Assembly (NCBI RefSeq): GCF_030144855.1
Contig: NC_082710.1
Coordinates: forward strand, 144,150,001 to 144,214,000
Direction: 5' to 3'
Source: Hypanus sabinus
Lineage: Eukaryota
Length of the DNA: 64,000 bases
Shown here: positions 11,540-22,834 of the stretch, in pieces
Numbering within the stretch: position 1 is the first letter of the stretch
Layout of the letters: every line of letters starts with the position of its first letter
Translations under genes and position numbers: made by a program
Notes under the pieces: generated by a model
What the model saw: only the letters and a program-made list of their open reading frames with translations
What the model was told of the DNA's origin: nothing
The model's database searches: none

Positions 11540-14500
11540 TTCAGGGAGACAGTCACCCTAAAAGTTAGGAGACAGGTAACTGGGTGACTGTCAGGAGAGG
11601 GAAGGGGAATAGACAGAAAGAGCAGAGCACCCCTGTGGCTTTTCTCATCAACAATAAGTATACCGTTTTGGATACTGTTGGTGGGGAAGACCTACCAGGG
11701 ACAAGTTGTAGTGGTCGCGTCTTTGGCACCGAGACTGGACCCTCAGCTCAGAAAGGAAGGAGGGAAAAGAGGAGAGCAGTAGTGATAAGGGATCTATCAC
11801 TATGATCTATCAATGTGTATATTTCAACGCTAGGAGTATTAGGAATAAATTGGATGAATTTGGAGCATGGATCAGTACGTGGAACTACGATGTGGCCGGA
11901 AGAAACTTGGCTGGAGGAAGGGCAGGGTTGGCTGATGCAGGTACGAGGGTTTAGGTGTTTTAAAAGGAATAGGATGGGAGGTAGAAAAGTGGAGGACTAG
12001 CATTACTGGTCAGGGATAGTATTACGGCTATAGGAAGGGAGGACACTGCAGAGGAAGTGTCCACTGAGTCAGTGTGGGTGGAAGTCAGAAATAGGAAGGG
12101 ATCAATCATTGTGCTGGGAGTAGTCTATAGGCCCCCAAATAGCCCTCAGGACACAGAGGAGCAAATAAGCAGGCCGATTTTAGAATGGTGCAGGAAATAC
12201 AGGGTTGTAGTTATGGGTGATTTCAACTTTCTTCATAATGCCTGGCACCTCCTGATTGCAAGGGGGATAGATGGGGCTGAATTTGTCAGTTGTATTCACG
12301 AAGGATTCCTGACACAGTATGTGAACTGGCCAACAAGAGGAGAGGCCATACTGGATCTAGTTCTGGTTAATGAACCTGGTCAGGTGGCAGACCTCTTGGT
12401 GGGGGAGCATTTTGGTGAGAGTGACCACAACTCCCTTAGCTTCAGCATAGTTATGGAAAAACAGACAAAATGGGAAAGTGCTTAACTAGGGAAGGGCTAG
12501 TTATGAAGGGACGAGGTAGGAACTAGCAAGAGTAACTTGGAAACGGATGTTCAAGGGTGAAAGCACAGAAGTAATGTGGAGGAAGTTTAGGGACCACTTG
12601 TGCTGGGTTTAGGGTAGGTTTGTCCCACTGAAACAAAGATAAAATGGTAGGAAAAGGGAACCATGGCTGACGAAACATGTGAGGTAGCTCGTCAAGAGAA
12701 AGAAGGAAGCATATTTTAGATATAAGAAGCAGGAAGGGCTAATGAAAAATATAAGGTAGCCAGGAAGGAGCTTAAGAAAGGACTTAGGAGAGCTCAAAGG
12801 AGGCATGAGAAGATCTTGGCATGTAGGATTGAGGAGAACCCCAAGGCATTCTATGTGAATGTGAAGAACAGAAAGATGACAAGAATGAAGGTGGGGCCAC
12901 TAAAGGATATAAAGAAGGCAACATGTGCCTGGAGGTGGAGGAGGTTGGGGAGGTCCTAAATGAATACTTTGCTTCAGTATTCACAAGTGAAAAGGACCTT
13001 GATTAGGGTGAGGTTGAAATAGAACAGGCCTGTGTGCTGGACAATGTGGAGATTAAGGAAGAAGTGTTGGATCTTCTTAAAAACATCGATAAGTCCCCAG
13101 GGCCAGATATGATATACCCCAGGTTGCTGCGGGAAATGAGAGAAGAGATCGCTATGATCTTTGAATCCTCTTTGGCTGCAGGGGAGGTGCCAGAGGATTG
13201 AAGAATGGCAGGTCATAGGGAGAATCCTGGGAACTATAGACTGGTGAGTCTTATGTCACTGGTCTGCAAACTGTTGGAAAGGATTCTTAAGAATAGGATC
13301 TGTGAGCATTTGGAGAAGTACAGCCTACTCAAGGATAGTCAACGTGGCTTTGTGAAGGGAAGGTCGTGCCCCCCGAGCCTAATTGAGTTTTTTGAAAAGG
13401 TAAGAAAAGAAATTGTGAGGGTAGGGTGGTAGATGTGGTCTGCATGGATTTTAGCAAGGCATTTGACAAGGTCCCCCATGAGAGACTCATCCAGAAAGTT
13501 ATGAGGCATGGGATCAGTGGAACCTTGGCTGTTTGGATAAAAAAATTGGCTTACAGGAAGAAAGCAGAAGGTAGTAGTGGAAGGAAAGTATTCTTCCTGG
13601 AGGTTGGTGACTAGTGGAGTGCCACAAGGATCTGTTCTGGGACTCCTGTTCTCTGTGATTTTTATAAATGACCTGGATGAAGAGGCGGAAGGATGGGTGA
13701 GTAAGTTTACGGTTAATACGAAGATTGGAGGAGTTGTGGATGGAGCTTTAGGTTGTCGAAGGTTACAAGAGGATATAGACAGGATGCAGAGTTGGGCAGA
13801 AAAGTGGCAGATAGAGTTCAATCTGGATAAGTGTGAGGTGATGCATTTTGGAAGAATAAACCAGAAGGCTGAGTACAGGGTTAATAGTTGGTTACTTCAG
13901 AGTGTGGATGAACAGAGGGACCTTGGGGTTCAAATCCATACATCCCTCAAGGTCGCTGCACAGGTTGATAGGATAGTTAAGAAGGCTTATGGGATGCTAG
14001 GCTTCATTAATATGGGGATTAAGTTCAAGAGTAGAGAGGTCATGTTGCAACTCTACAAATCTCTGGTGAGACCACACTTAGAGTATTGTGTTCAGTTCTG
14101 TTCACCTCATTATAGGAAGGATGTGGAAGCTATGGAGAGAGTGCAGAGGAGATTTACCAGGATGTTGCCTGGATTGGAAAACAAGTCTTATGAGGCAAGG
14201 TTAGCAGAGCTGGGACTTTTTTCTTTGGAACGTAGAAGGATAAGAGGGGACTTGATAGAGGTCTACAAGATTATGAGAGGCATAGATAGGGTGGATAGAC
14301 AGTACCTGTTTCCCAGGGAATGAATAGCAAACACCAGAGGGCATATGTACAAAGTTAAGGGAGGGAAGTTTAACGGAGACATCAGGGGTAAGTTTTTTAC
14401 ACAGAGGGTTGTGAGTGCCTGGAATGACTTGCCAGGGATGGTGGTGGAGGTTAAAGCATTAGGGGTATTTAAGAGCCTCTTGGACAGGCACATGGATGAA

Positions 14501-14618
14501 AGAAAAATAGAGGGTTACGGGGTAGTGTGGGTTTAGTACTTTTTTTAAGGAATATGTGGGTCGGCACTACATCGAGGGCCGAAGGGCTTGTACTGTGCTG
14601 TAGTATTCTAGTGTCTAG
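11540..14618 (+). mobile_element. CR1 LINE, ~3.1 kb: ORF1 remnant plus decayed ORF2 (APE endonuclease and reverse transcriptase)
   Basis: KRRAVVI (SGNH-type ORF1), YRPPNS, VVVMGDFN, ILDLVLVNE, GESDHN, PGNYR.VSL, DFSKAFDKVPH, SGVPQGSVLG, LVRPHLEYCVQF; frameshifts and stops; catalytic FADD reads FTVN; tail tctagtgtctag. Confidence 0.95.
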
Positions 14619-14619
14619 A

Positions 14620-15142
14620 GAGGATTAAACTATGCAAATACAAACGTAAAACAATAATAATACATAAATAAGCAATAAATATTGAGAACATGAGATGAAC
14701 AGACTTTGGAAGTGAGTCTGCAGGCTATGGGAACATTTCAATGATGTAGTGAAGTTATACCCTGTGGTTCAAGAGCCTGATTGTTGAGGAGTAATACTAA
14801 TGGTGGTGTGAGTCCTGAGGCTCCTGTAACACTTTCCTGATGGCAGCAATGAGAAGATAGCATGTTCTGGGTAATGGGGGTCCCTGTTTTCCTGCAACAT
14901 TTCGTGTAGCTGTGCTCAATGGTGGGGGGCGGCAGGGCTTTACCCATGATGGACTGGGCTGTATCCACTACTCTTTGTAGGATTTTCCATTCAAAGCTGT
15001 GATGCAACCACTCAATATACTTTCCACTACACATCTATAGAAATCTGTTAAAAGTTTTAGATGTCATGCCGGATCTTCGCAAACTCTTAAGTAGAGACGC
15101 TGTCATGCTTTCTTCGTAATTGCGCTTACATGCTGGGCCCAG
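14620..15142 (-). mobile_element. Rex1/Babar-type LINE 3' fragment
   Basis: WKILQRVVDTAQSIMGKALP..IEH; WAQHVSAITKKA. Confidence 0.75.
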
Positions 15143-15230
15143 AGCGAATGCTGAGCTGTAGTACTGAATAGCCAGTGAGATGTCAATGTTTTTGATTCAA
15201 AATAAACAACTTTTATATTTTGTTTTGCAG

Positions 15231-15339
15231 CATAATGAATTCTTTGGTAATTGTCCTGTTCCTTTCTGGTATGGTTGCCATGATCATGCTTCGTACCTTG
15301 CACAAGGACATAGCAAGATACAATCAAGTTGATTCAACT
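15231..15339 (+). CDS. TM9SF2: TM9SF2 exon (109 nt), IMNSLVIVLFLSGMVAMIMLRTLHKDIARYNQVDST
   Basis: ttttgcAG / ACT|GTGAGT; first transmembrane segment. Confidence 0.97.
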
Positions 15340-16364
15340 GTGAGTGCTGCATTTGATGTTTATTGGGTACTTCACGACACCTTAACAGGAAGGGCTGTCA
15401 CAAAATACTTGATAATACACCAATCATTGGTTAATGTTTGTTTTTGAGGCACTGACGTAGCCTTGGGGAAAGGATGAACTGCTCTGTTGAGATGAGCAAA
15501 GATAAGGAAGCATCATCACTTTTCCTGCCAAGTCACATATCAGTGTGTCTTAGAGTAACAAAATAACTCCTTCCTCATGATATGGTCAACATCTTGAAAG
15601 TGCACACATTCTGCCCTGGTTGTATGGACATAATCACCAAGGAGTTTAATCACCATCCCTATAAGGACAGTAGAATGTGGGTAATAAAGGAAGCCCTGCC
15701 AGTGTTACCCACACTGAATATTTCTGCAGTTTTATGGGATAGAGTTGTGAAAGGATACTCCCTGATTTGACCCCTATATGATTGACAGTATACTCCATTG
15801 TTCTGGATTCCCCTCGAGTATGCAAAGTTCATCTGCAGTCATTCTGCTTGTTGTGATTCAAATAATCTGACAGCCTTCTAAACTTAAAGAAATAAATCAA
15901 AGTTGAGTTTATTGTCATATGCTCAAATACATCAAAGACAATGTGTAAATAACACTCACAAGAAAAATATAAATTAAAAACAACTTTTGCAAGAAAGAAC
16001 TCAGTTCCAACAACACGCCAGTCCATTTTAGTGCAAAGTGATCAAAATAACAAATACTGATGCAGACTGTCCCCAGTTATCCTGTTTAAAATTCCTTTCT
16101 GTCTCTCTATCTCTCTGGCTCTCTCTCCTTGTTGGTTTGAATACTTGTGAATGCAGGTTGGCAATGTGGAAAATGCTGGTCATATTCTTTTAGCTGATTG
16201 TATAGAAGTTGTACAGTCATGGGGCTCTAAGCAGATACTACTGTTGCACATCGAGGTGCCTATTTACCTCCTCTGTAAACTTGGGCTTGACATTAAATAT
16301 GCATTTGGATCTTACTGACATTATATTGAATATACTTCACCCTTTTCAATTTTTTTATAACCAG

Positions 16365-16497
16365 GAAGATGCTCAGGAAGAATTTGGATGGAAATTGGTC
16401 CATGGTGACGTCTTCAGACCACCTCGGAAAGGAATGCTATTGTCTGTTTTTCTGGGTTCTGGTGCTCAAATTTTTATAATGCTGTTTGTTACTCTGT
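16365..16497 (+). CDS. TM9SF2: TM9SF2 exon (133 nt), EDAQEEFGWKLVHGDVFRPPRKGMLLSVFLGSGAQIFIMLFVTL
   Basis: ccAG / T|GTAGGT; GWKLVHGDVFRPP family signature. Confidence 0.97.
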
Positions 16498-16784
16498 GTA
16501 GGTATTTGATGATATTCTCTATAATTCCATGAGCTAAAACTCAATTGATTTTTATTTGCAAATGAGAAGCAAGTTAAGTCAGAGAACTGAAAGCTGCATA
16601 ATGCTGCAATTTTGCATAGTAAGTTTCATGGATAAGTTTACACAGTGATTTGACTTTTAAGTCAATTAAAAAATTTTTGTCATTGGATTCCAAGTGGTTC
16701 TCAATGTATTTGTTATCCAGCTTACAGTAGGTCTATGCTTTCTATTAAATAATTGTTTATTTAATTTTTTTTTATATTCCCTAG

Positions 16785-16904
16785 TTTTCGCGTGCATGGG
16801 ATTTTTATCTCCCGCAAATAGAGGAGGCTTGATGACTTGTGCTGTTGTCTTGTGGGTACTGCTTGGGACCCCAGCAGGCTATGTAGCTGCCAGGTTTTAC
16901 AAGT
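16785..16904 (+). CDS. TM9SF2: TM9SF2 exon (120 nt), FFACMGFLSPANRGGLMTCAVVLWVLLGTPAGYVAARFYK
   Basis: ttccctAG / T|GTAAGT; phase-compatible with neighbours. Confidence 0.97.
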
Positions 16905-17949
16905 GTAAGTAAAAGAAATTTAAGCTGACAGGATTTCTATTCATTAGTTTCAATTATCATCACCCTTTGGCACACAGTGAAGTTGCAAAATATGCTCTTA
17001 TCAATAATCATTCAAATACTTATCTTGTGTGTTTTAGTTTGATTGCTATTGTTTCCTGTTTTTATGTACCATAGGTCCAACTGTCTGTTTTCAGGCTTTT
17101 GTCAATGTTATTGATCTGTATTGATCTGGCTGAATTTCCTACCCCTCCCCCCACGATCCCACATTTTCCTTCCTTTTGCTGTAGGCTGGACTCAGACCCG
17201 TACATCGAGGCAGAACAGCTAAGATCACATTTGACACATGCAGGATGCTGATTCTAAAACCACAAAATGCCCTCCTGCTGTAAAATGTAAAACTATGTCA
17301 ATATATAAGAATCATACACCACAAAGAAAGGCCATTTGGCCCTTCAGTATATTTCAGTATTTTTATTCAACCTTTTTGCAATACTTTTGTTTAAAAAAAA
17401 AAGACACAAAATCCAACTACAGGGCTTTCTGGGTTATGATTGACTCGACTTGTGGAATTCAACATTGCATAAATTTTCCCATGTATTTTTAAAGCATTTT
17501 TCATGAAAACAGTAAAATGTTTTATGGTATTTATACTAACTGGGTGAAGGTTACATAGTCCACTAGTCTAATTATTGATAGTCTTAGGGTGACTATTCAA
17601 TGAAGTGAATGTATTATAATGTTTGCATAGAGCAGTACAATATGAGTAACTATAGAAAGTAGTTATTTCTGACTCAGAAATTATCTAATGGACAGTTCTC
17701 AGGGACACAACCCTTGTGCAACCTGGGAACAGCCTCTCTCCTAGTTGGATAAAGCTTCTGCAATCTTCAGCTATATTTTATCAAATTAAAATTAAGTAGA
17801 GAAATTAAGATGGGTAGTAATAATTTGTGACTAATTATTACCATTGGTAAAACATTAGTTTTAATGTTTTTATCTACTATAGAATTGTATTTCCAATTTG
17901 TTTTCCCAAGACCGATAAAACAATCATACTTAATTTTGTTTCTTTGTAG

Positions 17950-18007
17950 CATTTGGTGGCGAAAAATGGAAAACAAATGTATTATTGACTTCTTTTCTAT
18001 GTCCAGG
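17950..18007 (+). CDS. TM9SF2: TM9SF2 exon (58 nt), SFGGEKWKTNVLLTSFLCPG
   Basis: tctttgtAG / GG|GTAAGT; coding frame not shown by the ORF track. Confidence 0.96.
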
Positions 18008-18900
18008 GTAAGTTACTCTGCTTATTTGAAGATTTATTCTGTAGTTCTAATGTTATGCATCCCCATGAAGTGGAGTGAGGGGACGGGTGAATACTAAATG
18101 CTAATCAGGAAAAACATATGCATGGCGAGAGAGTTTTGAAGAAGTAATTGTAAGGGTCGGAAGAGATTAAGAAGATAGGAAGCACATAGTTCATTGAGCA
18201 ACTATATAGGTAGCACAATATTATAAAAGTGTGGTAAGTAAACAGACTTTAAATCTTGGAACTTGGATATTGGATGTTGAAATGAATCCCTCATGAGATA
18301 AGGCATTGGGGGTTAGTAAAGATAGTGATGGATGAGCAGAACACTTCATCCTTGCAACTTGATATTCTAATCCAAACAAAAAGGTCCTATTACATTAGAA
18401 TTGCACATTTTATGGTGGTAAAATAAGCATGTAGAAATGTGAGCAATTTGATGGCTACCATCTGCGCTGAATCTTATGTAGAACAGGAGTAGGAAAAATG
18501 AACAAAAACTTGGGTATTTTGCTCAAGAGCAATGCATGCATTATTTTAATCCAAGGTTTATTTTCAGGTTTTAAAGTAAAATCCTTGAAACTGTTTCACT
18601 TTTTTCACAAGTTCATCAAAACAGAATTTAATTTGTGCGTGATAGTGGGAAGATATAGTGGAAAATACACGTGTTAAATCCATTGCATTTTGGTGGGATG
18701 TATGAATTTCTGAGCCAATAATGTTTTTAATCAGAGATTTATGTAGAGAAATTGCATTCAGAAATCTTAATTCATTACTAATAAAAGATCAACTCGAGTG
18801 TGTGCCTATCAACCCACACAGGCACCTGGCTTTCCTAGACAACAGGGTTTGTCAGGGAATATTGCAACTTACTGGCAAATGTGTATTTTTTTCTCCCTAG

Positions 18901-19060
18901 AATTGTCTTTGCTGATTTCTTCCTCATGAACCTAATACTTTGGGGAGAAGGATCTTCAGCTGCAATTCCTTTTGGTACACTGGTTGCTGTTCTGGCATTG
19001 TGGTTTGGTATTTCAGTGCCTTTGACCTTTATTGGTGCTTATTTTGGCTTCAAGAAACAT
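18901..19060 (+). CDS. TM9SF2: TM9SF2 exon (160 nt), IVFADFFLMNLILWGEGSSAAIPFGTLVAVLALWFGISVPLTFIGAYFGFKKH
   Basis: ttctccctAG / CAT|GTAAGT. Confidence 0.97.
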
Positions 19061-20454
19061 GTAAGTTTCATTGTTTTCTTTCTGGGGAGATATTTTTGCT
19101 GAATATGGGTAAAATAAAGCTATAATTTACTCAAAGTTTAAACATATTTGTGTGGTGCTTAAACCTTTTATCTATTTGGCCTGTCCTTTCCCTTTGTGTG
19201 CCACATACCAATGTGTTAAGGTTGTCCAACAGTACTTACCATTATGTAGCAAATTTACTGCAGCAAAAAATATTTCTAAGGTTCTTCATAGGAGCATTGT
19301 CGAAGAGTAAGGTGAAAATGGTAAAAGGTAGAACAACTTTTCTGTGGCTTAGCGCTTTGATTTGCTTTATTATAACTTCTTCAGTGGTACATTTTGAATA
19401 AATGTCCGGGTATTCCTCTCCACGCTGTGATGATTTATAGTGCAATTTACATCACTTTAAGAAAGTCTGGTCACTGACACTGCTGTCTGTTGGGAATTTG
19501 ACAATAATGTATTGTCTTGTAATACTACTGTGACACTAATTTCCTTTGGGATCAATAAAGTATTTATCTTGTCTGCTGTGTCACAAACAATACAATAGTA
19601 ATGCCACATAAAGTACTTCCTTGCTGTCAGGGAATATCTGGAAAACATGAAAGCCACTACAGAAAGCAAGTCTTTTGTTCTGGAAACTTTCAATGCATGG
19701 ATGTTTATCTTTATGGCAGTTGAGATTTCTCATTTACTTTATGATTAAATGACTGGAGTGGTTGGTTTGCCTCCCTGTTCCTAACCCACAGTCATGGGTA
19801 GTTTTATTTTACGCACCCTGGGATTTCTATCCTGTTAAGGAATCAGTTTGAATTTCTGATGGGAAAAGCTGTTCCCTTCTTGGTACCCTTTGGAGCAGAG
19901 ATTAGTCAGGTTGGAGGGAAATGAGTTTAAAACAAAAATTTCTGGAGCTACGAACGCTAATAACTTATTGATTACTCACACTTATTAGCCTTGTATGTAG
20001 TGCTGCACAGTAGGTGGGGTTCAGCTCCAGGAGGGAGAATTTAACAGTTAAGTGTCAGGGGCGTTTATTTTTAGGATGTTGACCCTTCCAAGTATAATAA
20101 TCTATATGATGTTCCTATGGATGACTTCAGTATCTCAAGATAAGTTTTCATGAACAATAAATAAATTTTAACTATTCATCATAACGTGTACACATTGCAA
20201 AGATGCAGGAGGGTAAGTGAGAAGGAGAACATTATTCAACCAGTTTACCAGATTAATAGCATAATTTAATGTCCAGTTGTCTAGGTTCACATTCCATATG
20301 AAGTTGGTCATAACTGTTGCAACAACCAATTTATTTAAATAGAATAATCAGTGGTTTTCCAAGGTCTTATATAGAATGTGATATCCACCATCCCACATTT
20401 ACTTCAGTTTATTGGAATCTATCTTTGGAGGCTGTGGCAGGAACAGATTAATGG

Positions 20455-20703
20455 ACTCACTTTTAAGGACTCTGTAACTCAAGTTCTCCATGTCACTTAT
20501 TACTTATTTAGTATTATTATTTTGTTTTATAATTTCTATATTTGTGCATTTTGTCTTTTCCACTCTGTCTCCATCTTTGTATATAGTTTTTCACTGATGC
20601 TATTGTGTTTCTATTGCGAATGCTTGCAAGAAAATGAATCTCAGAGTAGCATATGATGACATTCAGAAGATGTACATTGATAATAAATTTACTTTGAACT
20701 TTA
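20455..20703 (+). mobile_element. Rex1/Babar-type LINE 3'UTR
   Basis: gcaagaaaatgaatctcag...gataataaatttactttgaacttt, same tail as 2935-3008. Confidence 0.65.
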
Positions 20704-20823
20704 ATCATGGTGCTATGGTGCTACTGTGAATACCATAATGATTGTTGATTGTGTTAAGAATATTGTTCAGCTCTGTTTTGGGTGTTTGCAGTTCAACAAC
20801 ATTGAATGTGGTTCCTCTTACAG

Positions 20824-20975
20824 ACAATAGAGCATCCTGTTCATATTAACCAGATTCCACGCCAGATCCCTGACCAATCATTCTATACAAAGGCTCTGCC
20901 TGGAATTGTTATGGGCGGCATACTGCCATTTGGATGCATCTTCATTCAGCTGTTCTTCATTCTCAACAGCATATG
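20824..20975 (+). CDS. TM9SF2: TM9SF2 exon (152 nt), TIEHPVHINQIPRQIPDQSFYTKALPGIVMGGILPFGCIFIQLFFILNSIW
   Basis: ctcttacAG / TG|GTGAGT; NQIPRQIP and GGILPFG motifs. Confidence 0.97.
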
Positions 20976-21247
20976 GTGAGTCCCATTTGGCACTGTAGTT
21001 GTATTTAGAGAGATATTTCTGTAATAGCTACACTTGTTAAGACACCTCAGTCTTTAAAAGGAAAGCTAAAAAGTAACTTTGGTACTCATGGAAATAGAAT
21101 TTGATGTTTGTGGATTCTGTTATATTTATCACGGAACTGATGTACCTTCTCCACAGTAGTTCAGGTTACTTGTGTTCAGTTAATGCAAATTTGCCCTCTA
21201 ATGAACTGTATTTTCTTTTCCCGTTGCTAATTTCAGTGTTGTTGCAG

Positions 21248-21359
21248 GTCCCACCAGATGTATTACATGTTTGGTTTCCTGTTTTTGGTGTTTATTATTC
21301 TTGTCATCACTTGCTCTGAGGCAACTGTTCTTCTCTGTTATTTCCATCTATGTGCTGAG
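21248..21359 (+). CDS. TM9SF2: TM9SF2 exon (112 nt), [37 protein letters not shown]
   Basis: gttgcAG / GAG|GTAGGT. Confidence 0.97.
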
Positions 21360-21716
21360 GTAGGTTCACAAGAAAGCTATGTTGTTTTGAGTTTTGTGGA
21401 ACATTGTACTTTTATTGTGATATTCCCCAAAGCTGAATTATAAAAGTTTTACATCTTTGAGGTATTATGCAACATTTCTTTTTGAGAATCTTGGGGGAAT
21501 ATATGTGCCATACACAAAGTATGTAATAGCAATCCACCTTGGCTACATCAGTGTTACCTTCCACCCAGAAAAGATGGGCAGCAGATGCATGGTATACAGA
21601 TTCCCCTCCAAGTCGCACACCGCTGCCTTGTAAGTATAACGCTGATTCTCCATCATTGGATCAAAATCTAGAAACTCCTTAACAACAGCAACAGGAATAC
21701 CTTCACCAGAAGGACA

Positions 21717-21906
21717 ATAAATCATAAAAACGAGATTCTGCAAATGCTGAAAGTCCAGAGCAACGTACATAAAATACTGGGGGAATTCAATATCTATGGA
21801 GGGGAATAAACGGTCAAGATTTGGGCTGATAACCCTCATTAGAAACGTCTGATTATTCCCCTTCACAAATGCTACCTGACCTGCTGAGTTTTGTGGGTGT
21901 TGCTCT
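21717..21906. mobile_element. Short fold-back Penelope-derived insertion with 9-bp TSD
   Basis: TSD AGAAGGACA 21708-21716 and 21907-21915; degenerate inverted arms. Confidence 0.65.
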
Positions 21907-22109
21907 AGAAGGACAGCATTGTGTTATGAAGCTGACCTACATTAGGGCTAGCATTAAATGCTGTCCTTGGAGATTCCCACATCCTATAAATAAAGATATT
22001 CTACATGTAGACTAACTGACTGAATGCTGCTTGCATTGTATCAAGGTCATATGTTTAAACCCAACAAATAATCAATGTTTATACTCCTTCCAAAACTCCA
22101 CATTCCTAA

Positions 22110-22450
22110 TTAGAGTCCTAAAGTTATGCAGCATAGAAACAAGCCAAACTCATCCATCCCTAGTGCCCAATCTAAGCTAGTCCCATTTACTAGCATTTGC
22201 CTATTAACATTCTAAACCTTACCAATCCATGTATCTGTCCAACTATCCTTTAAGTGTTATTATTGTACCTCCCTATGGCAACTCAGTCCACATCTTTTGT
22301 GTAAAAAAAAAAAAAATTATTTTGTTCCTAATACATATTTCCCCTTTCACCTTAAACCTGTGCCCTCTACTTCCTGATTTTCCAACCCTAGGAGAAAGAC
22401 CTTATGCATTTCACCCTATCTCCATATGCCCCTCATGACTTTATAGAGGT
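22110..22450 (-). mobile_element. CR1 3' end
   Basis: cccctttcaccttaaacctgtgccctcta...tcaccctatct, reverse of DRV..FP.....TRGH.FKV.G. Confidence 0.7.
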
Positions 22451-22509
22451 CTAAATTTTGTACTAAATTGAGAAAGAGACAAAATAGGCAACTCTGCTAA
22501 CTGCATCTG

Positions 22510-22830
22510 ATGAGCAGCACAATGAGTGGAGCAATTCCTCACATCACCAAAGACCCAGGTTGAATCCTGATCAGAGGTGCTGTCTGTGTAGAGTTTGCAC
22601 GTTCTGCCTCTGACTGCATGAGGTTCCTCTGGAAAAGTTATGCATGTCTGTAGGATAGTTGACTGCTGTAAATTGCCACTGGCATGTGTAGGTAAGAGGT
22701 AGAATCTGGGGGAAGTTAATTAGAATGTAAAGACTATATGAAAAGTGAATTAATGTAGGATTAGTGCATACGAGTTGATTGTTGGCATGGGCTCAATGGG
22801 CCAAAGGGCCTGTTGCCACACTGTTTCTCT
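22510..22830 (+). mobile_element. V-domain tRNA-derived SINE with CR1-type tail
   Basis: B-box-like ggttgaatcc, gctgtctgtgtagagtttgcacgttct, tail gggccaaagggcctgtt. Confidence 0.75.
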
Positions 22831-22834
22831 GGTT

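Noticed and set aside
13577-14323. 248-aa ORF as an active or domesticated reverse transcriptase
   Set aside because: CR1 ORF2 fragment; catalytic DD lost and flanks frameshifted
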